Shown here: positions 19,278 through 29,145 of the stretch, one piece after another
How the letters are laid out: each line of letters starts with the position of its first letter
Position numbering within the stretch: the stretch's first letter is position 1
Origin: a virus
Virus record (IMG/VR): IMGVR_UViG_3300046171_000155
Length of the DNA: 64,000 nucleotides
Strand: one strand, 5' to 3'
Notes under the pieces: generated by a model
Told to the model about the DNA's origin: nothing
Databases searched by the model: none
What the model saw: the letters and a program-made list of their open reading frames with translations, nothing else
Position numbers and translations under genes: made by a program

Positions 19278-19958
19278 TTATTTCCTCCAATGCTTACTTA
19301 CCCACTCTTGTGGTTCGTAAGTTGCCATGGGTGTCTTTACAGTTTCTGTCATGGACTGTATGATACTAGGTCTTCCATGAAAACAGACTATAGACGCCTT
19401 TCCAATATTATTTGGATACACATCATACTTATATGATTTTATCTGTTGGGGAAATACGCGTTGCAATAAAGCCCTTTTATGTGTGGGGATAATAGACTCT
19501 AGGTATTCCCCATCTCCCCTAAATGCGCTAGTCGCCAGACCCTTTCTAAAATTGAAATCGTTCCAAATCCAGTCAGCTTCCTCGGATTCCCACGCCATCA
19601 CTCCACTCTGAAACTTACCCTTGAGGTGGTGTTGATGTGAGTTGACCGATCCCAGATCTTCAATGCCTGCAAATGGACCATCATAGGTCAGTAACCAATC
19701 TATATTATCGGTAATCAAGGTGTCTAGGTCTAAGTATACGATGCGACCTTTTATACGACCGTCGAACAGTTGCATCTTGTTCCACCAACCTTCTAGTCCT
19801 GGACGCAGAATCAAAGTGTCTACGCCTTCTAGTACTTGATCGGTCAGACAAACGAACTTGTAAGGCACCGTTGAGTTTCTATCAACTGCAGCCTTCAGAT
19901 TGTACACATACTCTTTTGAAAACTTGTCGCCCCATAGGACGCACATTACCGTTACCAT
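19278..19958 (-). CDS. Glycosyltransferase (GT-A)
   Basis: CVLWGDKF, FVCLTD, GWWNK, YLDLD (DxD), GDGEY, FHGRP. Confidence 0.8.
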   Translation of the reverse strand: MVTVMCVLWGDKFSKEYVYNLKAAVDRNSTVPYKFVCLTDQVLEGVDTLILRPGLEGWWNKMQLFDGRIKGRIVYLDLDTLITDNIDWLLTYDGPFAGIEDLGSVNSHQHHLKGKFQSGVMAWESEEADWIWNDFNFRKGLATSAFRGDGEYLESIIPTHKRALLQRVFPQQIKSYKYDVYPNNIGKASIVCFHGRPSIIQSMTETVKTPMATYEPQEWVSKHWRK

Positions 19959-19966
19959 AATATATC

Positions 19967-20620
19967 TTAAACCTCTAAGATTTCATATTCTTCACTGTTA
20001 TTGTGTTTTGCCGCACATCCCCTCTTGTGCTGGATAGTAGTAAATCTATCATCAGCATAAGCACAATAAGGGTAATACTCTTGCAACCAACTGAATCTAC
20101 TTATATGCAAATAAACATCGGGTGTCATTGCTTCTTTTCTTGCTCTCTTGACCAATAACTTCGCACCCATTGGTGTTACTATGTATGCGTGTGCTCCAGG
20201 AAAATAAGGTTTGGATACTAGTCCGCCCCAACCTATTGTAGATGGAGTATTAAACTTTCCGTATGACGGTGCCCCTATGTTACCACAGAAGTTTGGGAGA
20301 GTAGTGGGTAATGGTGATGTTATGATCGCATCGTGTTCAAAGATTGCAATGGGTTCGTTTAGGTGTAAACATGTGTTCCATAGACTGTAGTGAGACAAGA
20401 AACATGCCATTTGGTTTTCTAGTCGGGAGTATGTATCACTAAAATGTTCGGTGCTGATGCCCGACCTTTCGCATATTTTAAAAACATCATTCTTTGGTGT
20501 GATTGCCGCAAACTTTTCGACAGATACTCCGTGAAGTTTCCCTGACTTGATACATCGATCGGCGGCTTGTTGTGACTTGTCATGTCCACCGATAGCAATT
20601 ACAACTGATCTCATACACAT
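19967..20620 (-). CDS. Glycosyltransferase family 25-like
   Basis: ACFLSHYSLW, IFEHDA, GAHAYIVTP.GA..L. Confidence 0.8.
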   Translation of the reverse strand: MCMRSVVIAIGGHDKSQQAADRCIKSGKLHGVSVEKFAAITPKNDVFKICERSGISTEHFSDTYSRLENQMACFLSHYSLWNTCLHLNEPIAIFEHDAIITSPLPTTLPNFCGNIGAPSYGKFNTPSTIGWGGLVSKPYFPGAHAYIVTPMGAKLLVKRARKEAMTPDVYLHISRFSWLQEYYPYCAYADDRFTTIQHKRGCAAKHNNSEEYEILEV

Positions 20621-20630
20621 TCCTCAAAGC

Positions 20631-20660
20631 AAAAAAAAGACGGGTCGCCCCGTCTTTCTA
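20631..20660 (-). terminator. Intrinsic terminator
   Basis: AAAGACGGG..CCCGTCTTT stem followed by T-run on the - strand. Confidence 0.75.
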
Positions 20661-20679
20661 TTTAGATAGTCTTTAAACC

Positions 20680-21372
20680 TTAAAGTGACGCAACGAATTC
20701 GTCCACTTCTGCGATCTGATCTTCGGTTAGGAATTCTTTGTGAACACCAACCGACTCAAGAAAACCACTTCCTGAACCATTTCGAAGATCTCGAATTTGA
20801 GAATCTTGTACAACAAGGTCTATGATATCCGAGTTAATTATTCTTTTTTTATCACCAAAACTTGGTAGTTCTGGGTTATCTTGCTGCGGTAAGATGTCGT
20901 GAATAAACTCAGATAACTCTTGATGTGGTTCTGATACTAGTTTCTCGTACGATAGAGTTTTCGTGAAAACTTTATCAGCAACCGCAGACTCAAAAGCGGT
21001 GATTTGCGGAAACCCAAATACGCTATCACGGAACTCTTCCCATGTGGAATCTGGAGAAGTAGTTTTCCAAGTTTGAACTAGGGCATCTTTCCAGTCCCTT
21101 TTGATGGCATATACGTGAGAAGTAGCAACCGTAGAGACTGACTCTTCTGTTACATTGTCCTTCACAGGGGTGTGCCCCAAAGAAGTTGACCTTAATGGCT
21201 TATACAAGAATTTATGCGCATCGGCCGCGACTCCAATATTAGGAGCATCACCTGTGTACATCTGATCCTTTGCAACATACATCCCATAGATGTTCTGTAC
21301 TAGATCAGCACCATGACCAGCACCGCCGACAAGAAAGACATCTGATAAATCTGTCATTGATACAGTAGACAT
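20680..21372 (-). CDS. Sulfotransferase-fold protein with degenerate PAPS motifs
   Basis: VFLVG.., AIKRDWKDALVQ, LSYEKLVSEP..EL, VG..KEFLTEDQ follow sulfotransferase layout. Confidence 0.55.
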   Translation of the reverse strand: MSTVSMTDLSDVFLVGGAGHGADLVQNIYGMYVAKDQMYTGDAPNIGVAADAHKFLYKPLRSTSLGHTPVKDNVTEESVSTVATSHVYAIKRDWKDALVQTWKTTSPDSTWEEFRDSVFGFPQITAFESAVADKVFTKTLSYEKLVSEPHQELSEFIHDILPQQDNPELPSFGDKKRIINSDIIDLVVQDSQIRDLRNGSGSGFLESVGVHKEFLTEDQIAEVDEFVASL

Positions 21373-21453
21373 TTATTTTTTCCTTTTTGAACGTTCTAAG
21401 TTAGTACCTATTAGAGATTTCCTTTTTGGCCAGAAGAAACCCCTAGGTGTTAG

Positions 21454-21461
21454 TATTTATA
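21454..21461 (-). promoter_or_regulatory. T4 late promoter
   Basis: TATAAATA on the - strand. Confidence 0.7.
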
Positions 21462-21665
21462 CTAATTCTGTTCCTTATACATCGTCCAAAGTCCATAAAG
21501 TACACCGCCATATGCGCCAAGTGTAATAATAGACTCAAAAAGAATGTAACTACCGCACAATGCGACGATAACAACACCATCATATGTGGTGCGTTCCCCT
21601 AGACGTGACATCACCCATTGCTTTGCAAGTGATGCATATACTGATACCGCTGAAAGATTAAACAT
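21462..21665 (-). CDS. Small membrane protein
   Basis: RL.ERTT.DG followed by two TM segments. Confidence 0.65.
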   Translation of the reverse strand: MFNLSAVSVYASLAKQWVMSRLGERTTYDGVVIVALCGSYILFESIITLGAYGGVLYGLWTMYKEQN

Positions 21666-21667
21666 AG

Positions 21668-22654
21668 TTAGTCCCTATAATCGTTAAGTGTAAAGTTAGT
21701 TCCGTGCATCTTCATCAAATCTCTCTCGTGATTGGTATAAACCAATACTTCTGGATCATCAATGAGGAAGTCACAGTTTTTACAGAAGTCTGGATAGTCT
21801 CCTGTACGATGTTGTTCACGAAGTTTTTCGTACTCTTCACCAAAGAAGATATCTAAGATGTTATCTTCTGAACAGTGACCAAGTACGGCCTCTTCATCGC
21901 GACCTAGAACCTGACAACAAGGGTGAACTGCACCCGTTTCGCCTTCTAGACCACCGGCACGAATCACTACATCGGGCGAGAACGGACGACCACAAGTCTT
22001 TACTTGCCCCTGTCGTGCGTTGTCTCCGATATCCCATGCGCCAGACCAGTTGTGCATTTTCCATATCTCAGTCTTAACGCCCAACTCATCAACGAGTAAT
22101 TTGTACTTCTCTAGTTCTTCATCGATGTTGTCGTTGTCTGTGATTAAGTGATAGGTTGACACTACACAGTCAGATCCAGACTCTTTGACATAGTCAACCA
22201 TCTCCTGAATGTTACGCTTGATCTGCGCGTAGTGGCCACCTACAGCGTTGTACATCCACTTGGTGTAGTCTTGTTCGTCTGCACCAATGAATGAAAATCG
22301 GTAGAAGTCCAGTCCCGCATCGACACAGTCGCGCATGTACTGACCTTCCATTTTAAATCCGTTAGAGAAGATGAAACACTTCGCTCCATACTTTTTTGTC
22401 ACCTTGATATACTCAGGCAGGTTCTTTGCCATCGTCGCCTCACCAGATCCATCTAGGTTGACAACATTCAGTCCGTACTGAGCACAGTCTGCGACATACT
22501 TCTCGAACTCATCTAGTTTCATGATGCGGCGAAACCCTTTGTGTCGGCCGCCCTCACGTAGATCTTGCGGACACATCGAACATGAGTAGTTACATCCACC
22601 CGCGACTTCGATTACTGCACGGTCAATCTGAAATGTTTCTCTAGTCATTTCCAT
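21668..22654 (-). CDS. Radical SAM enzyme with SPASM/twitch domain
   Basis: CNYSCSMC; C-terminal CGRPF, PCC, CKNC. Confidence 0.9.
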   Translation of the reverse strand: MEMTRETFQIDRAVIEVAGGCNYSCSMCPQDLREGGRHKGFRRIMKLDEFEKYVADCAQYGLNVVNLDGSGEATMAKNLPEYIKVTKKYGAKCFIFSNGFKMEGQYMRDCVDAGLDFYRFSFIGADEQDYTKWMYNAVGGHYAQIKRNIQEMVDYVKESGSDCVVSTYHLITDNDNIDEELEKYKLLVDELGVKTEIWKMHNWSGAWDIGDNARQGQVKTCGRPFSPDVVIRAGGLEGETGAVHPCCQVLGRDEEAVLGHCSEDNILDIFFGEEYEKLREQHRTGDYPDFCKNCDFLIDDPEVLVYTNHERDLMKMHGTNFTLNDYRD

Positions 22655-23531
22655 AGTATTTCTTCATCCTATTTTCGTATTTTACTGACTCTTGTTTAGC
22701 GTTAGCAAATAATAGTTTTGTATTATCTAACCACCACCATGCATCTTTACCGTCACGAACATTATTTCTATCTGGACTTATTCTAACCGCATTCGGTGTA
22801 TGATATTTAGTCACACCTTCGCCACTGATTACAACCATAGGTCTTGCAAAGTTTTTCGCGACATAATGCCAGATCCCATCGTAACAGATGACCATACGCG
22901 CAGTAGAGATAAGATACATGGCTTCGGATGCGGGTGTTCGATACGATAGTTCATGCATCTCAAACCCCATCGATTTGAATTGTGCGATTAACCGATCCCA
23001 GTCGTCGTTCTCGAATAGACGTTTCCATGTACGAGGTTTCTCAGCGTTCCATGTGGGACGCCAGAACACAATTCGTTTATCGTCATAATCTTGAAACGCA
23101 TTTTTACGAAAGATCCAATCGTTATCTGGTGCCTTCGCGCCTAAATCATCTGTGTAAAAACCAGACTGAAACCAAAATCTATTTTTTTGACCCTTTGCGT
23201 TTATAGCGGCAATTCTTCGTTCGCCGTTTGATTCTAACACCACATCATCGTTAAATTTCCAATCTCGGTATCGACCATTAGCATTGAAGCAATGGTGTAT
23301 TTGTACGCGTTCCTGTTGATGGTAGAAGTTGTGGATGTAGTTGCAGCGTTCGATGATCGTCTCAGGATCTTCGAAGTGATGTAGATATTCAGGTCCGTGT
23401 TCCCAGTGAAACTCTAGGTTGATTTTTGATATATCGTTGTCTGCAGCATATCTGTGGGCAGAGTTGAGCGCCCACATGAAATCCCCGACGCCTGGGGTAC
23501 CGCGCCAGGTCACGAGTTCGGATGGTTTCAT
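22641..23531 (-). CDS. GT9/heptosyltransferase-like (GT-B) protein
   Basis: GVGDF..AL at N-terminus; ICYDG..H.A..F.RP.VV at C-terminus. Confidence 0.5.
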   Translation of the reverse strand: MKPSELVTWRGTPGVGDFMWALNSAHRYAADNDISKINLEFHWEHGPEYLHHFEDPETIIERCNYIHNFYHQQERVQIHHCFNANGRYRDWKFNDDVVLESNGERRIAAINAKGQKNRFWFQSGFYTDDLGAKAPDNDWIFRKNAFQDYDDKRIVFWRPTWNAEKPRTWKRLFENDDWDRLIAQFKSMGFEMHELSYRTPASEAMYLISTARMVICYDGIWHYVAKNFARPMVVISGEGVTKYHTPNAVRISPDRNNVRDGKDAWWWLDNTKLLFANAKQESVKYENRMKKYYGND

Positions 23532-23870
23532 TAGTTCGTCTTAATACTCTTGACTTTACGCGCAGAACCTGTAGATGTGTACAGACCAAACCATGCAGCC
23601 CCCTGCACCGACTACAACAGAGATAAGACCTGCCTGTGACGCGTTAGGTTCTGGTAGAGACATAAACCACTGAGTTGTTTGGATAAGCAGGTACAGATAA
23701 GTGCCAATGAATGCACGAGGGAATAATCTGTATGCATCGATTACATCTGCGAACTGTAGTAGTGGTTCGAACCTATTGTGCTCTGGTGCTTTCTGAGTTG
23801 TGTCTAACTCAATTTCTACTTGCAGTTTCTTTTTCTCTACTACTGGTACTGCTGCTGCTTCTTCGGTCAT
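23531..23870 (-). CDS. Two-TM holin-like membrane protein (extra G near 23600)
   Basis: ID.YRLFPR, WFM.LPEP..QAGLISVVVGA; AAWFGLY continues in shifted frame to TAA 23531. Confidence 0.6.
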
Positions 23871-24031
23871 TTCTTCACCTTAAAATCTTTTGGATCACCG
23901 TTGATCAATTCTTTTGCTTTGGTCTCCCATATCCAAGGGCACAATCCATGTACAAACGAAACAAAAGAGATTGTCCAAGCCCTTCGTAGATGTTCGAAGT
24001 AACCCAGTTCAATCTCTTTCAGGTGTTTCAT
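23867..24031 (-). CDS. Small DUF6356-like protein
   Basis: HL.E...GYFEHL..A......HGL.P. Confidence 0.55.
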   Translation of the reverse strand: MKHLKEIELGYFEHLRRAWTISFVSFVHGLCPWIWETKAKELINGDPKDFKVKK

Positions 24032-25536
24032 TAGAAGACCTTTACGTCGTATTTTTGTTGCCATAGTTCTGCGTCGTGTTCGTCGTTGACCATTGGTCTT
24101 CCACGTATGTTGAGACTAGTATTTAGTAACATAGGCACACCAGTACGGTCATGATATTCTTCGATGACCTTACGGAACACCGATTCGCAATCTTTGCGCA
24201 CAATCTGTACTCGTGCGGAACCGTCCACGTGTGTGACGGGTGCATAGTCATGCTTCGCCCACGAAGTAAACTGCATGTGTTCGTTCATCGGACCATCGAA
24301 ATACTCCTCTGCATATTCCTCTAGGATTGCAGGGGCGAATGGACGGTACTTCTGACGACGTTTGATCGTATTGACCGTGTCCTGTACGTCGAATCTTACA
24401 TCAGCGATAAGAGATCGGTTGCCAAGAGCTCTAGGGCCAAATTCAGCCCTTCCATTAGCAATACCACAATACTTATGTTCAAGCAGATGGTCAACGACAG
24501 CACTGGGATCAATAGGATTGGTAATATCATATCCCGCATATGGACTCCAAATAAGTTTATCCTTACCTGTTGCTTTTGCCCATGAACGTGCGGCAGTACC
24601 TAGACCTGAACCAGCGTCCGTTGGTGATACTGCAATGTGCACTTCATCGAACAACTCAAACAAACGCGAGTTGATTACGACGTTCTGTGCGCACCCCCCA
24701 GAGTAACACAACTTCTTACCATATTTAGCAGCTTCGCGCATTATACCCATGATCGCGTAGTCTGCGAAATCTTGAGTTGCTCTTGCGGCGATCTTATCTT
24801 CTACAGATAGGATGCGTCGTTTAAACTCAGATCGGAATCTCAAACGGTCTTGTTCACGTTTCGATTCTGAACCGCCGACGGCAACGCCCATCGCAACTTC
24901 TGGTGCGATGTCTTCTAGGTTGTCATACCAGCGGATCAACCAGTCAGTGATTGCTTTAGACTTAGCACACGTCTCGTGATATGCAGAGAGACCCATGACC
25001 ACATACTCATCTTCGAGTGGACGTAAACCTAGAAACTTAGTGGTAAGGGTATAGACTAGACCTACCGACTTAGGGTAGTGCCATTCTTTGATCAGGTTGA
25101 ACTCAGAGTCCATGATACAAGCAGTCTGCAACTCACCAACACCGTCGATTGATACTAGGACGGTGTCCTCTTTCGAATCCCATGGGCGCGTGTAGAAAGC
25201 AGAGGCGCAGTGTGACTCATGGTGTAGGTGGTGTGCGTCATAAACAGATGCTTCTGGATAAGGGAATGTCTCGAATGACTCGGACGATTGAATCATCTCT
25301 GGACTTCTTGCAGTGGCGTTGACGCCACCTCGCATATCAAACTTGATGCCATGATCTTCATAGAACGATACATGGTCATTGTCGTTAATCATGTCCCAAA
25401 GTTCATCCGGAATATTAGGATCGTTTTTCTTTTTGGAGTAACGTTCTCCGTGCGTAGCAAATTCTACCGTACCATCTTCATTAATGATAGCAAATCCTGA
25501 GTCGTGATAAAATTCACTATAACCTACGTATCTCAT
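24031..25536 (-). CDS. O-carbamoyltransferase (NodU/CmcH family)
   Basis: HDS, ERYSKKKND, HHESH, SIDGVGE, EFGPRALGNRS, RPFAP, THVDGSAR.Q, LLNTSLN. Confidence 0.95.
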   Translation of the reverse strand: MRYVGYSEFYHDSGFAIINEDGTVEFATHGERYSKKKNDPNIPDELWDMINDNDHVSFYEDHGIKFDMRGGVNATARSPEMIQSSESFETFPYPEASVYDAHHLHHESHCASAFYTRPWDSKEDTVLVSIDGVGELQTACIMDSEFNLIKEWHYPKSVGLVYTLTTKFLGLRPLEDEYVVMGLSAYHETCAKSKAITDWLIRWYDNLEDIAPEVAMGVAVGGSESKREQDRLRFRSEFKRRILSVEDKIAARATQDFADYAIMGIMREAAKYGKKLCYSGGCAQNVVINSRLFELFDEVHIAVSPTDAGSGLGTAARSWAKATGKDKLIWSPYAGYDITNPIDPSAVVDHLLEHKYCGIANGRAEFGPRALGNRSLIADVRFDVQDTVNTIKRRQKYRPFAPAILEEYAEEYFDGPMNEHMQFTSWAKHDYAPVTHVDGSARVQIVRKDCESVFRKVIEEYHDRTGVPMLLNTSLNIRGRPMVNDEHDAELWQQKYDVKVF

Positions 25537-25563
25537 ACCTATTCCATCTTGAGGGTAAATTTG

Positions 25564-25571
25564 TATTTATA
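25564..25571 (-). promoter_or_regulatory. T4 late promoter for the carbamoyltransferase cluster
   Basis: TATAAATA just downstream of a terminator. Confidence 0.75.
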
Positions 25572-25572
25572 C

Positions 25573-25600
25573 AAAAAAATGGGGGGTCCGAAGACCCCCC
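25573..25600 (-). terminator. Intrinsic terminator with UUCG loop
   Basis: GGGGGGTC-TTCG-GACCCCCC-ATTTTTTT. Confidence 0.85.
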
Positions 25601-25623
25601 GACATGCTACCTTGAGCGGGAAC

Positions 25624-26217
25624 TTACTGTCCTAAAACATAGTCGTATATATCTTTCCAATTACGCATCAATGGGAATTCACTATCCTGATTGTAATTAT
25701 GAGACATAACCACAGACTCTAGACCTACCTTCGCACCAGCGATGGCATTCTCTACCTTGTCTTCTACCCACAGACATGCGGTACCACGATATGCCTCTAG
25801 TGCTTCGTCTTTGTCCGCTCCCGTATCGAGATAAACGTACTTCTCGAAGACGGTTGGACCAAAGAGTTCTTGGAGATTCTTGGTGCGCAGGTGTTGCGCG
25901 TATTCGTCGTTACTCAACGAAGTGATTGCGTGAAACACGTAACCGTGTTCTTCGTGCAACTTACGAACGTACTTGATTGCGTCACGGAGTGGTGGGATCT
26001 TACGAATCGTCGCACTCTCATTAAACATTCGACAAAGCCGTTGCTTCTCATTGCGTTCTAGTCCGTACACGACACTCACGTCATACACTTCACCTTCTTC
26101 GCCTGATTGATAACCTTGCCTTGGCACGTAACCATGACGGTTCATCCACTGCCTGAATGCATACATCCAATCGAGCAGTACTCCGTCACAGTCTACCAAT
26201 ATCACCTTCTCATTCAC
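25624..26217 (-). CDS. HAD-family 5'-nucleotidase-like (T4 30.2-like)
   Basis: LVDCDGVL, AITS, WVEDK. Confidence 0.8.
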   Translation of the reverse strand: MNEKVILVDCDGVLLDWMYAFRQWMNRHGYVPRQGYQSGEEGEVYDVSVVYGLERNEKQRLCRMFNESATIRKIPPLRDAIKYVRKLHEEHGYVFHAITSLSNDEYAQHLRTKNLQELFGPTVFEKYVYLDTGADKDEALEAYRGTACLWVEDKVENAIAGAKVGLESVVMSHNYNQDSEFPLMRNWKDIYDYVLGQ

Positions 26218-26370
26218 GAATAAACTCCCTCCTCTCGTGCATCATTCATTACATTATAAACTTCACTTGGCGTCAACCCCTCATCATACAATGCGACTTG
26301 CAGGTTAGCCCAGTCAGGTGCGTACTCGGTTCGGTACATGTAGTGCTCTACGAGATCTTTTATTCTTTCT

Positions 26371-26556
26371 TCAGTCATGACTTGCCTCTCTTAGGTGTTT
26401 GTCGGCGCGGTACACCAGTTTATGGTGGTCGTTGCCGAATTCTACAGCGGTTGAAAGATCGTCTTGATACATCACTAGACGGTACTTGTACTTCGGGTTT
26501 GGAGACTCACTGATCACAGCGCGTCTCCGAGTTTTTGGGTTGAATGCTTCGTACAT
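26371..26556 (-). CDS. Hypothetical protein
   Basis: ORF after a TTGACA/TAGAAT promoter. Confidence 0.5.
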   Translation of the reverse strand: MYEAFNPKTRRRAVISESPNPKYKYRLVMYQDDLSTAVEFGNDHHKLVYRADKHLREASHD

Positions 26557-26623
26557 CTCTTACTTCAGAATAGGTATTCTATAACATTTAGGTGTGTGTT
26601 GTCAACACTTATTTTTAAAAAGT

Positions 26624-27178
26624 CTAACATTTTTTTACTAGTGTCATTTGATTACGCGAGACCTTTCCTTTGAAGTTGCAAGAGTATGAAAACTCTCGTA
26701 TCACCTCTATGTCTCCAATTGCTTCTAGGTTGTATATCATGTCACGTATACCTTCCCACTCAACATTGTCATAGATGCGATATGGTATGTCTAGTCTATC
26801 GCACATAACAGTATCTTTGATTACATTTTCTGTGACATGACTGCCGTCTATAAATGCTAGATCAAACGATCTATTTTTGATTGTGTTGTATATGTCTGGC
26901 GAGGCGGTTAGATGCACTTCTACATTTGGGTACTTCTCCATGACAATAGGTCCGTACTCACGACCCCTAGGATGATCTGGACAACAACTTACGATTTCAC
27001 TGTCGTCTGACATCAACTCTGCCCAGTACGATGTAGAGTGCCCCGCATAGAATCCGATCTCAAGCAGTCGTTTGACTTCGGTGATTCGTATTGTTTCTTC
27101 TAGGATGTCAAAGACCTCTGGTGTGTTGGGTAGATATCCCCAACCATCTTGGTCCCACATCAAATGACTCAGGTCCAT
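26624..27178 (-). CDS. Class I SAM methyltransferase (Methyltransf_24-like)
   Basis: LEIGFYAGHS, FDLAFIDGSH. Confidence 0.85.
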   Translation of the reverse strand: MDLSHLMWDQDGWGYLPNTPEVFDILEETIRITEVKRLLEIGFYAGHSTSYWAELMSDDSEIVSCCPDHPRGREYGPIVMEKYPNVEVHLTASPDIYNTIKNRSFDLAFIDGSHVTENVIKDTVMCDRLDIPYRIYDNVEWEGIRDMIYNLEAIGDIEVIREFSYSCNFKGKVSRNQMTLVKKC

Positions 27179-28005
27179 TATTGTTGTGTTTTATACCTTT
27201 TCTCGTTCCAGTGGCGCACCATGTCTACTTTCCATTCGCCGCCTGTGTAGTGGCAGAACTTCGCTTTCTCAAAGAACTCTTCTTCGGACGCATAGTGCGG
27301 GCTGTCATTCCATGTTTGGTCGATGGTCTCGACATCAAAGTCGTGTTTCATCAGCTGAGATGAAATGTAGGGTTGATCGTTCATTATGGACATATGGAAG
27401 TCGCCTGTGTAGCACCAGTCTTCCCAGTTTAGGAACTTCTCTCGCGCACGGAGACGCGCCTCACGCGTCCAGAGAACAACCCCTGTATTCATTATCATTA
27501 TTTTAGAGGGTCTGTTAGGCGGCATTACAGGGACGATAGGACAGTCGTGTAGCATGAACTTGCTACAGAAATCCAGATAGACAGACTCTTTGCTGTCCCA
27601 TGAGTTGTACCCACCACCTGATGCGGTAACGAAGTCTGACTCTAGGACACCGTAGACATCGGCACCAGACTCCATTACGTCAAATATGTTTTCTTCGGTA
27701 TTGACTACGATGTCTGTATCTGCGAACAACAGATTATCGTAACTGTCAAAGATTGGATCTAACCAGACACGAGCGCACTCGTGTAGCAGAGAAGTAGAAC
27801 AACCGTGACCCTTTGTGATCACTCGTTCATCTGAATAGAAATGGTCCGCACCTATTTTATCAGCGTAGTCCTCAAAAGACTCTCGCGAGATTCGTGCGAC
27901 TTCTTGATAGAGTTCCGAACGCGTACCGTCCCAACCTCTAATCCCCCCACGAGCATCTACCGCTTGACTCGTTATCATGTACTGAAACATCACATTCTTG
28001 GACAT
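27178..28005 (-). CDS. Glycosyltransferase (GT8/GT34-like)
   Basis: LFADTDI (DxD), MNTGVV, NDQPY, WN, HYTG. Confidence 0.8.
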   Translation of the reverse strand: MSKNVMFQYMITSQAVDARGGIRGWDGTRSELYQEVARISRESFEDYADKIGADHFYSDERVITKGHGCSTSLLHECARVWLDPIFDSYDNLLFADTDIVVNTEENIFDVMESGADVYGVLESDFVTASGGGYNSWDSKESVYLDFCSKFMLHDCPIVPVMPPNRPSKIMIMNTGVVLWTREARLRAREKFLNWEDWCYTGDFHMSIMNDQPYISSQLMKHDFDVETIDQTWNDSPHYASEEEFFEKAKFCHYTGGEWKVDMVRHWNEKRYKTQQ

Positions 28006-28441
28006 TTTCTAACCTTGTCATAAGTCGTTCGGCACGATTGCCTACTTGACGATACCATCTTGAATCGCGACCTTCAATAGCCGCATTTTTGTAATCACCA
28101 TTCTCTAGGTGACCGTTCATTTTCTTAAACTTACTTAGTCTTGGTCTACCAAGGTTAAACATCATGTTGACCAAGATCTCTTTGACCTCATCTGGAAAAC
28201 TAGACCACCGGAATCCGTATAGCACACCACATTCTCGTAGGGTGACGTTGAGGTCTTCCTCGAATACTGCTTCGACTCTTTCTTCGGAGACAGGCGTTCC
28301 TTCTGGCTCTCCGTACTCGGAGTCACTTTTTGTGATGAGGTGGCCAACGCCGAATGTGAGGTACCCTGCAGGGCATCTGTAAATCTCATACACTACTCCT
28401 TCGTCAATCTTGAGCTGTTCGTAAACAGATTGCCTATTCAT
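27938..28441 (-). CDS. Phage lysozyme (GH24, T4 e-like)
   Basis: DEG...Y.C..GYLTFGVGH, NMMFNLG, DSRWYRQV..RA. Confidence 0.9.
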   Translation of the reverse strand: MNRQSVYEQLKIDEGVVYEIYRCPAGYLTFGVGHLITKSDSEYGEPEGTPVSEERVEAVFEEDLNVTLRECGVLYGFRWSSFPDEVKEILVNMMFNLGRPRLSKFKKMNGHLENGDYKNAAIEGRDSRWYRQVGNRAERLMTRLENVQECDVSVHDNESSGRCSWGD

Positions 28442-28445
28442 GATC

Positions 28446-28631
28446 TTACAGCTTGATTACTAGCGCCGTTAGTATAGCAGCGAGTAGAACATTCGTCATG
28501 AGTAGTTCTAATGCTAGAATAGTATGATACCAGATCCAACGTGTCTTATATGCGTTGTTCACAGAGATGTCTGCAGGATCTGGATCGTTCTCGATCTTAT
28601 TACTTTTTGGGGATTTTAACCATTTAAACAT
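28446..28631 (-). CDS. Small membrane protein
   Basis: NAYKTRWIWYHTILA plus TM. Confidence 0.6.
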   Translation of the reverse strand: MFKWLKSPKSNKIENDPDPADISVNNAYKTRWIWYHTILALELLMTNVLLAAILTALVIKL

Positions 28632-28866
28632 CTATCGTACTGCCCTTACCAGCATTTTGTTTGATATTCTTTAAATGACCTTCCCAGTCTTTGCCCGCCA
28701 TAGTCATTGCCGACTTTGTGCCAGAAATTAGTTTAGGCGTCGATGCAGAACTATGGTATCGTTCCCAGCTAGGATTATCATTCTTCCATTTATCGTACTC
28801 AGAAATCCGGAGAGTCACTTCCATGATCTCTCCGGTTTCATTATTTTTGAACTCATACTGTGGCAT
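28624..28866 (-). CDS. FmdB-like small protein
   Basis: MPQYEFKN.ETGE. Confidence 0.6.
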   Translation of the reverse strand: MPQYEFKNNETGEIMEVTLRISEYDKWKNDNPSWERYHSSASTPKLISGTKSAMTMAGKDWEGHLKNIKQNAGKGSTIDV

Positions 28867-29145
28867 TATGTATCCATTCCAAAATTTGATCATTCACTAC
28901 GACAAAGAACTCATGCGTCTCTGAAGAGATAGATCACCTCCTATCCAGAAAGTCGTTGAAGAGAAACTAATATATTCTCGTAGTTAGCGAAACTAAAATT
29001 AGACCGATTACTCTGTGAGTATATGGATTGTTTTCTCGTATCGTGTACGAACCTTTGTAGTTCGTTTATTTCTTTGTTCAACTTTTTTTCTGCTATCGAC
29101 ATAAGGTACTCCTTGTTGTAGTTTTGTATAGTCGAATGTAAAGTG

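Noticed and set aside
27938-28005. Lysozyme C-terminal extension overlapping the glycosyltransferase start
   Set aside because: One base (TCC vs TCT in the downstream Ser codon) would give a stop after LENV; likely a neutral variant or error.
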